From Nostoc punctiforme PCC 73102 (GTDB lineage Bacteria > Cyanobacteriota > Cyanobacteriia > Cyanobacteriales > Nostocaceae), in contig NC_010628.1 of assembly GCF_000020025.1 (NCBI RefSeq), forward strand, positions 5,310,001 through 5,342,000: 32,000 nucleotides of DNA. Direction: 5' to 3'. The translations under genes were made by a program, and so were the position numbers. The notes under the pieces are model-generated. The model saw only the letters and a list, made by a program, of their open reading frames with translations, made no database searches and was not told where the DNA came from. Below are positions 17,586-26,170 of the stretch, one piece after another. Position 1 is the first letter of the stretch. Every line of letters starts with the position of its first letter.

Positions 17586-18857
17586 ATGAAAAAGGCACTT
17601 GCTGGGTTAGGAAAGTTTAACAAAGTTAGCGCTATCAGCTTACCTGTAGTTTTGTCAATTTTCCTGGTGCGGATGCAATCTTTGGTGCATCAAGAACTCA
17701 GTCCGCCAGAATGTCGGTTGAAAAAGTGGGATATACCAGTTTCCTTGACTGGTGAAAATCAAAAAGCACCATTAATTCAGAGACTACCAGTTACTTGTTG
17801 TCAAGGTGATACATCTTGCTTGGATGAACTTCTTTATGGAGAAATACCAGACAAAAAGGCGCTATTGAGTGCGATCGCTCGGAGTCTCCAATACTTGCAA
17901 ACGGCTAATGCTGCGGCTGCTTATCAAAACTATCCAGTGGCGGGGATTACACGCGATCGCGTCTTCAAAAGCTTGAAAAGATTCCGCGAACTTGTCTTGA
18001 CAACTCATTCTGCAACAGAATTACATCAAGCCATCGAGCGAGAATTTGTTCTTTACCAGTCAGTCGGTAAAGACACTAAAGGTTCTGTTTTATTCACCGC
18101 CTATTATGAACCGATTTACGCAGCTAGTCGCGTCCCCACACCAGAATATCGCTATCCTGTTTATCGATTACCTCCTGATTTAAACTCCTGGCCTAAACCT
18201 CATCCGACACGAGAAGATTTAGAAGGAGCAGATGGTTTACAAGGCGCAAAAGGAAAATTACGAGGATTAGAGTTGTTTTGGTTTCGCTCACGCCTCGAAC
18301 CATATCTAGCTCAAATTGAAGGTTCAGCACGACTTCAGCTTCCCAATGGGACTCAGACTGCGATCGGCTATGCCGGTAATAATGCTTATAACTACACAAG
18401 TCTGGGTCGAGAATTAGCGAATGATGGCAAATTATCGCTACAAGGTATGACTATGCCAATTATTCTCGACTATTTTCAAAAGCATCCCCAAGAATTAAAT
18501 ATCTATATTCCGCGCGATCGCAGTTTTGTTTTTTTTCAAGAAAATCACGGTGAACCAGCTCAAGGTTCGATCAACGTACCCCTAACAGCAGAGCGTTCCA
18601 TCGCTACAGATAAATCTCTTATGCCTCCTGGTGCTTTAGCGTTGATTCGCGCTTCTATTCCTTTCGCTAATCCTACCGGAAAACTGGAGGAGCATATCGT
18701 TAGCCGCTATGTTCTTGACCAAGATACTGGCGGCGCAATTAAAGGTGCAGGTAGGGTAGATTATTTTTTAGGTACTGGTAAATTAGCAGGCGATCGCGCT
18801 GGTATCACAGTCAGTAATGGACAATTATTTTATCTACTACTCAAGTCCAAGAATTAA
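17586..18857 (+). CDS. mltA: membrane-bound lytic murein transglycosylase A (MltA family)
   Basis: 424-aa ORF. MltA-domain motifs (YYEPIY, EGSARLQLPNG) and a C-terminal 3D domain (DTGGAIKGAGRVDYFLGTG). The track starts at TTG 17583; the adjacent ATG is at 17586. Confidence 0.8.
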   Translation: MKKALAGLGKFNKVSAISLPVVLSIFLVRMQSLVHQELSPPECRLKKWDIPVSLTGENQKAPLIQRLPVTCCQGDTSCLDELLYGEIPDKKALLSAIARSLQYLQTANAAAAYQNYPVAGITRDRVFKSLKRFRELVLTTHSATELHQAIEREFVLYQSVGKDTKGSVLFTAYYEPIYAASRVPTPEYRYPVYRLPPDLNSWPKPHPTREDLEGADGLQGAKGKLRGLELFWFRSRLEPYLAQIEGSARLQLPNGTQTAIGYAGNNAYNYTSLGRELANDGKLSLQGMTMPIILDYFQKHPQELNIYIPRDRSFVFFQENHGEPAQGSINVPLTAERSIATDKSLMPPGALALIRASIPFANPTGKLEEHIVSRYVLDQDTGGAIKGAGRVDYFLGTGKLAGDRAGITVSNGQLFYLLLKSKN

Positions 18858-18876
18858 ACCTACTCGCATTTTCATA

Positions 18877-18917
18877 CTAAGAATCCCAACTTTTCTAAAA
18901 AAAGCCGGGATTCTTAG
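18877..18917. terminator. bidirectional stem-loop between convergent mltA and the 77-aa gene
   Basis: ctaagaatccc (18877-18887) / gggattcttag (18907-18917), an 11-bp perfect stem extendable by aactttt/aaaagcc with 2 mismatches. An A/T run lies in the loop region. Confidence 0.45.
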
Positions 18918-18968
18918 CCTTTCGGCGTAAATAAAATATACATTCCAAATTAATGAAACGCTTGGGGT

Positions 18969-18989
18969 AATTACGAATTACGAATTACG
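18969..18989. repeat. tandem heptamer AATTACG x3 overlapping the stop codon of the 77-aa gene
   Basis: aattacgaattacgaattacg read directly. The stop (tta, 18985-18987 on +) lies inside the third unit. Confidence 0.7.
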
Positions 18990-19218
18990 CTTCTATATCC
19001 ATATCACCATCATCATCATCATGATCGTAAGGAATATCATCAAGGTCGATCATTTCTGAAATTTCTTCTACTTCAGTTAGATACTCAGATTCTTGATGTT
19101 CACGCTCGATTAGACGACCAGTTGACTTTAGCCATTCCAAAAGAATAAACTCATTGCTTGTACGAATTACAGGCGCTCGTTGGTTACGAGGTTCTTCACG
19201 CAAAGGACTGATAGGCAT
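18985..19218 (-). CDS. small acidic cyanobacterial protein (DUF3134-like)
   Basis: 77-aa ORF, MPISPLREEPRNQRAPVIRTSNEFILLEWLKSTGRLI..., with a highly acidic tail (DHDDDDGDMDIEA). The N-terminal LREEPR...LL.WL..TGRL pattern resembles DUF3134 as I remember it. Confidence 0.45.
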   Translation of the reverse strand: MPISPLREEPRNQRAPVIRTSNEFILLEWLKSTGRLIEREHQESEYLTEVEEISEMIDLDDIPYDHDDDDGDMDIEA

Positions 19219-19421
19219 AAAAAAGACTCACTTTGAATTATGGATCACTGTACAAAAACAAGAAAATTGTACATTTAAGGTTAAAAGGCTCGTTAGGCAA
19301 GACTTTTATGAACAAATAAAATATGAACTATTGAGTTTTTTATTCTCTTGTCCGTCTACTTACTTACCATTAAAATGTCTTTGCGTCAGCCTTAATCATA
19401 AATCTTAAAGCGGACACAATC

Positions 19422-19850
19422 TCACAAAGCATTTGGTACCTTGCCGAGAGTTTCATACATATCAGGGGGTAATGCAGACAATCTGTTTGCTACAGCGACT
19501 GCATCAGCTAAATTGCTAAATTGGCACCGGACAATCTCTTGTCCATTTCCTGAAGGAAATCGCTTTCTAGCTTTGTTAGATACAGCACAAATAATCGCTA
19601 AAGCTTTGGCGAACCCATCTTTTGTTAAGATTGTTTCCTGAGCGAACCCTTCAACAGGGATAAGACAAACCTCAAACCGATAGCCAGGTCTGGGAGAAAC
19701 GGCTATATCGATATAAGGTTTATCTTCTTTTCTGATTCTGCGTAAATATTTGGCTGTGGAATTAGTATCGTGCAAATCAGTCCCAAGGGCGTAAGTAAAG
19801 AAACAATCTTCTGTGAGTGACTCAGGACGGGTAATTATATCCGTTGGCAT
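19422..19850 (-). CDS. hypothetical protein (orphan, 142 aa)
   Basis: Uninterrupted ORF with an ATG start and no recognisable motifs. It sits at the transition from HIP1-rich to HIP1-poor DNA. Confidence 0.5.
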   Translation of the reverse strand: MPTDIITRPESLTEDCFFTYALGTDLHDTNSTAKYLRRIRKEDKPYIDIAVSPRPGYRFEVCLIPVEGFAQETILTKDGFAKALAIICAVSNKARKRFPSGNGQEIVRCQFSNLADAVAVANRLSALPPDMYETLGKVPNAL

Positions 19851-20481
19851 AAGTTTAAGTACTACTATCCGTATGTATCTGGGTTTGTGACACAGTAAAC
19901 TTGTCCGTTCTTTTTAGCACATTTTTTGAAAGTGAGAAGTATTAGTTTTACGCCAGGTATTGCAATACAGTTCTACTCACTAAAAATTTCAATTTTTGCA
20001 ATCCTTAAAGACTCTCATCTTTAAAAGATGAATTTGCAATATAAACTGGCAAAAAACACCTCCAGAAGCAAAGTTTGTAGAGATTTAGATTCGGAGAGGT
20101 GTCCACATAGTCAGTTACATGACCGAAAATATTTCTCAACTATTCTATCATAACATAGTTGACGGTTGAACTTTTTCAACTATGTCTGACCCATAGATGC
20201 AAGGTCAACAACAGCATTAAGTTGTATTCAATTCCGATTTTTAGATAATTAAAGACACAGAGGGTGAATAGTTAGTGCGATCGCATCATCTTATAAAGTA
20301 AGGTGGGCACTGCTTTTAGTTCACTAAAATTTTTATTTTTAGCTTCTCCTCAGTCCCCAACCCCAGATGCTACTATGCAAAAAGGTCAAAGGCGAACAAG
20401 CCAAAGTAGTTGTGAGATTCATCCATTGGCAATCCCAAGACTACCTTGTTCATCTTTTTTGGTAGTTATAAACTTCTCAAA

Positions 20482-23400
20482 TTAGGAGGGAACACTCAAA
20501 TTAACTCGCACAATAACATCGTTAAAATCTTTGTCACCTCCACCAGCTAAATCCTCAAAGCCAAAGGTGTTATTCCCTAACAGACGAATATGATCTACCT
20601 TGTCGCTATTAGCACCCAAGAATGGGAAGTAAACTGCTGGATCATTATTAGGATTGCTATCTAAAACAGCATCTGGTCTGCCATTAATGATAATGAATGG
20701 TGCAAAGATAGAACCAGGCTCAAAAGTGCCTGTATAACTTGCCGTACCTTGGTTGTTCACCGTCAGGTCAATTCCTGCAACGCGTTGACGTAGTGCGGCT
20801 TCAGTATAACCAGCTTGGCCAACAAGAATATCTCCCTTACCATCGCCGTTGGTATCAATACCACCATTTTCATCAGCTACTTTATAAAATCCGACGAAAT
20901 TATTAAATGCAGCTTCTCGGTTGATTGCAAAATTAGCAGTTACCTGTTGTTCAACATCTCTTAAGTCAATTAATTCTCCTTGTGGTTGACCTTGTAGATT
21001 TGTACCCAAAGGTAACGCCTCAGTTGTAGGCTGAATTCTTACGACTAGATTCTGGAAATCATTAGTGCTATTACCAGAACCATCTTTCCAAGCCAAGGAG
21101 AACGCATTGTTATCTAAACTCGTAATTTTTTGATTTGAAGGATCAGAAAACAGTACGTCAGTGATTGGTGTAATATTAGTCAGCACATTATCAGTTGTAC
21201 TATTTTTGACTAAATAAAATCTCAGGTTAGTATCAGATGGTAACTCTAATGAAGCATTGAGAAGATTGTTGCTAAAACCATTGGGTGGATTAGCAATAGC
21301 TGAAAGAATTACCTGTCCTCTTTCTAAAGCTTTGCGGGCATAACCTGCTTCGCCCGGAGCAATACCGTCAATTTCGCCTGTAGCATCATCAACAGTATAT
21401 ACACCAAATTCATTCACCAGACTAGAATTACTGCCTGCGATCGCAACTTGCAGTGTTACCGTATCATTCTCACCTTTGATATTAAAGACATCATTACCAC
21501 TATTTGTAAGTTCTGGAGATTGTGGTTCAGGTTCAGGTTGTGGTTTTGGAGTACCAAAGATAACATAGGTTTGCCCAGCCCCAGGTGCGCCCACAAGCAA
21601 GTCATCAGCACCATCATTATTGATATCGCCAGCAGCGCTAACAGAAGTAGCAGAAGAATCAGTAGCATTAATACCGTTGATGGCAAAGCCCTGACTGGAG
21701 TCAAGGTTGGAAAGGTCGAGACTTTCACTAAAGCCGTTACTGCTGCCAAATACTACATAGCTTTGCCCAGCACCAGCTAAGGCAAAAGGTGCGCCAATAA
21801 TCAGGTCAGCAATGTCATCATCGTTGACATCTCCAGCCGCGCTAACTGAGTAGCCTGAGACATCATTGCCATTAATGCCTTTGATAGTAAAGCCGTTGCT
21901 GCCGTTGAGGTCTGAGAGGTTGAGACTTTCACTAAAGCCGCTACTGCTGCCAAACACCACATAGCTCTGTCCTGCACCAGAAGCGGTGTTGTATGCACCA
22001 ATGATTAAATCGTCGATGTCATCATTATTAACGTCTCCAGCATTACTGACTGAGGCACCAAAAAAGTCATTAGCATTGCCATTAATGACAAAACCGTTGC
22101 TGCCATTGAGACTAGACAGGTCGAAGTTCGCACTAAAGGCAGTAGTGCTGCCAAAAACCACGTAGCTCTTTCCAGTCCCTTGTGCGCCAATAATTAGGTC
22201 GCCAATGCCATCACGGTTAACGTCCCCAGCGCTGCTAACTGAGTTGCCTGATGAGTCGGTGCTGTTGCCATTGATGGCAAAGCCATTGCTGCCGTTAAGA
22301 TCTGAGAGGTTGAGGCTAGCACTAAATGCACTACTACTACCAAATACTACGTAGCTCTGCCCTCCACCTGAAACGGCACTGGGTGCGCCAATAATTAGGT
22401 CGTCAATGTTGTCGCCGTTGATGTCTCCGGCATTACTAACTGATGTGCCTGATGAGTCTGAGATGCCATCTGAGTTGCGCCCATTAATACCGTTAATGAC
22501 AAAGCCGTTGCTCCCATCCAATGATGAGAGGTCGAGGTTAGCATTGAAGCTGTTACGGCTGCCAAATACTATATAGCTCTGCCCTGCACCCAAAGCTGCA
22601 CCTGATGCACCGATAATTAGGTCGCCGATGCCGTCATTGTTAATATCCCCAGCATTGCTAACTGATGTGCCTGATGAGTCACTACTACTGCCGTTGATGG
22701 TAAAGCCGTTGCTGCCATTGAGGTCTGAGAGGTTGAGGCTGGTATTAAAGCCGTTGGTGCTGCCAAATACTACGTAGCTTTTTCCAGCACCAGGTGCGCC
22801 AATAATTAAATCGTCGATGTTGTCGCCGTTGATGTCTCCGGCATTACTGACTGAGTTACCTGATGAGTCACTAGCATTGCCGTTGAGGGTAAAGCCGTTG
22901 CTGCCGTTGAGGTCTGAGAGGTTGAATATAACTTGTGGTTGTGGTTGTGGTTCAGGTTCAGGTTGTGGTTTTGGAGTACCAAAGATAACATAGGTTTGCC
23001 CAGCCCCAGGTGCGCCCACAAGCAAGTCATCAGCACCATCATTATTGATATCGCCAGCAGCGCTAACAGAAGTAGCAGAAGAATCAGTAGCATTAATACC
23101 GTTGATGGCAAAGCCCTGACTGGAGTCAAGGTTGGAAAGGTCGAGACTTTCACTAAAGCCGTTACTGCTGCCAAATACTACATAGCTTTGCCCAGCACCA
23201 GCTAAGGCAAAAGGTGCGCCAATAATCAGGTCAGCAATGTCATCATCGTTGACATCTCCAGCCGCGCTAACTGAGTAGCCTGAGACATCATTGCCATTAA
23301 TGCCTTTGATAGTAAAGCCGTTGCTGCCGTTGAGGTCTGAGAGGTTGAGACTTTCACTAAAGCCGCTACTGCTGCCAAACACCACATAGCTCTGTCCTGC

Positions 23401-25794
23401 ACCAGAAGCGGTGTTGTATGCACCAATGATTAAATCGTCGATGTCATCATTATTAACGTCTCCAGCATTACTGACTGAGGCACCAAAAAAGTCATTAGCA
23501 TTGCCATTAATGACAAAACCGTTGCTGCCATTGAGACTAGACAGGTCGAAGTTCGCACTAAAGGCAGTAGTGCTGCCAAAAACCACGTAGCTCTTTCCAG
23601 TCCCTTGTGCGCCAATAATTAGGTCGCCAATGCCATCACGGTTAACGTCCCCAGCGCTGCTAACTGAGTTGCCTGATGAGTCGGTGCTGTTGCCATTGAT
23701 GGCAAAGCCATTGCTGCCGTTAAGATCTGAGAGGTTGAGGCTAGCACTAAATGCACTACTACTACCAAATACTACGTAGCTCTGCCCTCCACCTGAAACG
23801 GCACTGGGTGCGCCAATAATTAGGTCGTCAATGTTGTCGCCGTTGATGTCTCCGGCATTACTAACTGATGTGCCTGATGAGTCTGAGATGCCATCTGAGT
23901 TGCGCCCATTAATACCGTTAATGACAAAGCCGTTGCTCCCATCCAATGATGAGAGGTCGAGGTTAGCATTGAAGCTGTTACGGCTGCCAAATACTATATA
24001 GCTCTGCCCTGCACCCAAAGCTGCACCTGATGCACCGATAATTAGGTCGCCGATGCCGTCATTGTTAATATCCCCAGCATTGCTAACTGATGTGCCTGAT
24101 GAGTCACTACTACTGCCGTTGATGGTAAAGCCGTTGCTGCCATTGAGGTCTGAGAGGTTGAGGCTGGTATTAAAGCCGTTGGTGCTGCCAAATACTACGT
24201 AGCTTTTTCCAGCACCAGGTGCGCCAATAATTAAATCGTCGATGTTGTCGCCGTTGATGTCTCCGGCATTACTGACTGAGTTACCTGATGAGTCACTAGC
24301 ATTGCCGTTGAGGGTAAAGCCGTTGCTGCCGTTGAGGTCTGAGAGGTTGAATATAACTTGTGGTTGTGGTTGTGGTTCAGGTTCAGGTTCAGGTTGTGGT
24401 TTTGGAGTACCAAAGATAACATAGGTTTGCCCAGCACCAGGTGCGCCCACAAGCAAGTCGTCAGCACCATCATTGTTAATATCGCCAGCAGCACTAACAG
24501 AAGTAGCAGAGGAATCAGTAGCATTAATACCGTTGATGGCAAAGCCCTGACTAGGGTCAAGGTTGGAGAGGTCGAGACTTTCACTAAAGCCGTTACTGCT
24601 GCCAAATACTACATAGCTTTGCCCAGCACCAGCTAAGGCAAAAGGTGCGCCAATAATCAGGTCAGCAATGTCATCATCGTTGACATCTCCAGCCGCGCTA
24701 ACTGAGTAGCCTGAGACATCATTGCCATTAATGCCTTTGATAGTAAAGCCGTTGCTGCCGTTGAGGTCTGAGAGGTTGAGACTTTCACTAAAGCCGCTAC
24801 TGCTGCCAAACACCACATAGCTCTGTCCTGCACCAGAAGCGGTGTTGTATGCACCAATGATTAAATCGTCGATGTCATCATTATTAACGTCTCCAGCATT
24901 ACTGACTGAGGCACCAAAAAAGTCATTAGCATTGCCATTAATGACAAAACCGTTGCTGCCATTGAGACTAGACAGGTCGAAGTTCGCACTAAAGGCAGTA
25001 GTGCTGCCAAAAACCACGTAGCTCTTTCCAGTCCCTTGTGCGCCAATAATTAGGTCGCCAATGCCATCACGGTTAACGTCCCCAGCGCTGCTAACTGAGT
25101 TGCCTGATGAGTCGGTGCTGTTGCCATTGATGGCAAAGCCATTGCTGCCGTTAAGATCTGAGAGGTTGAGGCTAGCACTAAATGCACTACTACTACCAAA
25201 TACTACGTAGCTCTGCCCTCCACCTGAAACGGCACTGGGTGCGCCAATAATTAGGTCGTCAATGTTGTCGCCGTTGATGTCTCCGGCATTACTAACTGAT
25301 GTGCCTGATGAGTCTGAGATGCCATCTGAGTTGCGCCCATTAATACCGTTAATGACAAAGCCGTTGCTCCCATCCAATGATGAGAGGTCGAGGTTAGCAT
25401 TGAAGCTGTTACGGCTGCCAAATACTATATAGCTCTGCCCTGCACCCAAAGCTGCACCTGATGCACCGATAATTAGGTCGCCGATGCCGTCATTGTTAAT
25501 ATCCCCAGCATTGCTAACTGATGTGCCTGATGAGTCACTACTACTGCCGTTGATGGTAAAGCCGTTGCTGCCATTGAGGTCTGAGAGGTTGAGGCTGGTA
25601 TTAAAGCCGTTGGTGCTGCCAAATACTACGTAGCTTTTTCCAGCACCAGGTGCGCCAATAATTAAATCGTCGATGTTGTCGCCGTTGATGTCTCCGGCAT
25701 TACTGACTGAGTTACCTGATGAGTCACTAGCATTGCCGTTGAGGGTAAAGCCGTTGTTACCATCTAGGGACGATAGGTTGAATATATCAGCCAT
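20482..25794 (-). CDS. giant FG-GAP repeat protein: three tandem seven-blade propeller units plus two C-terminal DUF4114-like domains
   Basis: 1770-aa ORF with 21 repeats of GF.ING....G.SVS.AGD(I/V)N.D..DDL(I/L)(I/V)GA....G.SYV(V/I)FG (FG-GAP with DxNxDxxxD loops). (PQ/PE)n linkers join the units. The C-terminus has AWKDGSGNSTNDFQNLVVRIQP and FGFEDLAGGGDKDFNDVIVRVNL (DUF4114-type ends). Confidence 0.85.
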   Translation of the reverse strand: MADIFNLSSLDGNNGFTLNGNASDSSGNSVSNAGDINGDNIDDLIIGAPGAGKSYVVFGSTNGFNTSLNLSDLNGSNGFTINGSSSDSSGTSVSNAGDINNDGIGDLIIGASGAALGAGQSYIVFGSRNSFNANLDLSSLDGSNGFVINGINGRNSDGISDSSGTSVSNAGDINGDNIDDLIIGAPSAVSGGGQSYVVFGSSSAFSASLNLSDLNGSNGFAINGNSTDSSGNSVSSAGDVNRDGIGDLIIGAQGTGKSYVVFGSTTAFSANFDLSSLNGSNGFVINGNANDFFGASVSNAGDVNNDDIDDLIIGAYNTASGAGQSYVVFGSSSGFSESLNLSDLNGSNGFTIKGINGNDVSGYSVSAAGDVNDDDIADLIIGAPFALAGAGQSYVVFGSSNGFSESLDLSNLDPSQGFAINGINATDSSATSVSAAGDINNDGADDLLVGAPGAGQTYVIFGTPKPQPEPEPEPQPQPQVIFNLSDLNGSNGFTLNGNASDSSGNSVSNAGDINGDNIDDLIIGAPGAGKSYVVFGSTNGFNTSLNLSDLNGSNGFTINGSSSDSSGTSVSNAGDINNDGIGDLIIGASGAALGAGQSYIVFGSRNSFNANLDLSSLDGSNGFVINGINGRNSDGISDSSGTSVSNAGDINGDNIDDLIIGAPSAVSGGGQSYVVFGSSSAFSASLNLSDLNGSNGFAINGNSTDSSGNSVSSAGDVNRDGIGDLIIGAQGTGKSYVVFGSTTAFSANFDLSSLNGSNGFVINGNANDFFGASVSNAGDVNNDDIDDLIIGAYNTASGAGQSYVVFGSSSGFSESLNLSDLNGSNGFTIKGINGNDVSGYSVSAAGDVNDDDIADLIIGAPFALAGAGQSYVVFGSSNGFSESLDLSNLDSSQGFAINGINATDSSATSVSAAGDINNDGADDLLVGAPGAGQTYVIFGTPKPQPEPEPQPQPQVIFNLSDLNGSNGFTLNGNASDSSGNSVSNAGDINGDNIDDLIIGAPGAGKSYVVFGSTNGFNTSLNLSDLNGSNGFTINGSSSDSSGTSVSNAGDINNDGIGDLIIGASGAALGAGQSYIVFGSRNSFNANLDLSSLDGSNGFVINGINGRNSDGISDSSGTSVSNAGDINGDNIDDLIIGAPSAVSGGGQSYVVFGSSSAFSASLNLSDLNGSNGFAINGNSTDSSGNSVSSAGDVNRDGIGDLIIGAQGTGKSYVVFGSTTAFSANFDLSSLNGSNGFVINGNANDFFGASVSNAGDVNNDDIDDLIIGAYNTASGAGQSYVVFGSSSGFSESLNLSDLNGSNGFTIKGINGNDVSGYSVSAAGDVNDDDIADLIIGAPFALAGAGQSYVVFGSSNGFSESLDLSNLDSSQGFAINGINATDSSATSVSAAGDINNDGADDLLVGAPGAGQTYVIFGTPKPQPEPEPQSPELTNSGNDVFNIKGENDTVTLQVAIAGSNSSLVNEFGVYTVDDATGEIDGIAPGEAGYARKALERGQVILSAIANPPNGFSNNLLNASLELPSDTNLRFYLVKNSTTDNVLTNITPITDVLFSDPSNQKITSLDNNAFSLAWKDGSGNSTNDFQNLVVRIQPTTEALPLGTNLQGQPQGELIDLRDVEQQVTANFAINREAAFNNFVGFYKVADENGGIDTNGDGKGDILVGQAGYTEAALRQRVAGIDLTVNNQGTASYTGTFEPGSIFAPFIIINGRPDAVLDSNPNNDPAVYFPFLGANSDKVDHIRLLGNNTFGFEDLAGGGDKDFNDVIVRVNLSVPS
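21520..25755. repeat. 3 x ~1.43-kb near-identical tandem direct repeat inside the FG-GAP gene
   Basis: Periods are 1425 bp and 1431 bp (e.g. 21521 vs 22946; track ORFs 21801/23226/24657 and 22005/23430/24861 have identical alternative-frame translations). The only differences I found cluster at 24436-24568, plus a 6-bp indel in the linker. Confidence 0.9.
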
Positions 25795-25949
25795 GATTTT
25801 CTCGTATGTTTTTTATTAGCAATTGATGTAGATGTAAAATTTTTAAACAAATCACATTAGCATTAGTTAAAATCTAGGTTAAGTGAATTAATTGAAAACA
25901 TTTTGTATTTTTATGACATTCAAATAAATTCCTATTTTTTATAGGAACC

Positions 25950-25990
25950 ATTGTTTTAGAGGCAATTTATTGAATTACCTCTAAAACAAT
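25950..25990. terminator. 13-bp perfect stem-loop (possible terminator of the PstS-like gene or operator in the FG-GAP upstream region)
   Basis: attgttttagagg (25950-25962) / cctctaaaacaat (25978-25990) with a 15-nt loop and T-rich flanks. Preceded by a second hairpin, ttcctat ttttt ataggaa (25929-25947). Confidence 0.3.
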
Positions 25991-26170
25991 ATTTTTCTTA
26001 CATGAAACTAATGATTCATAAAAGTACCAACAGAATTAACTGTTGAACTTTCTGGCAGGCGGCTAGTACTTAGTAAGGATTTTGGTGCTTAAGAAATAAC
26101 TAAAGTCCTTACTACAAACTTGTTTACCTATTAAAGTTGGTGTGGTCAAGTACTAGGCAGATTTATCAAC

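Noticed and set aside
19154-19408. 84-aa plus-strand ORF overlapping the 5' end of the 77-aa gene.
   Set aside because: It has a non-ATG start, lies antisense to and overlaps a better-supported gene, and continues into AT-rich spacer with low-complexity translation.
21448-25046. About twenty 60-124-aa ORFs on both strands inside the FG-GAP gene (e.g. 21456-21749, 22806-23174, 24231-24605, 21801-22001, 22933-23205).
   Set aside because: They are alternative-frame artefacts of the long repetitive gene. They recur in triplicate only because the underlying DNA is triplicated, their composition is low-complexity (Leu/Met/Thr/Ala runs), and none has an SD or independent support.
20482-25794. Possibility that the regular large repeats are a CRISPR array or a DGR template/variable-region pair.
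   Set aside because: The repeat unit is 1.43 kb and fully coding in one long frame, with no short repeat-spacer structure. No reverse transcriptase or cas genes are in the window. The few differences are not adenine-specific, as DGR mutagenesis would be.
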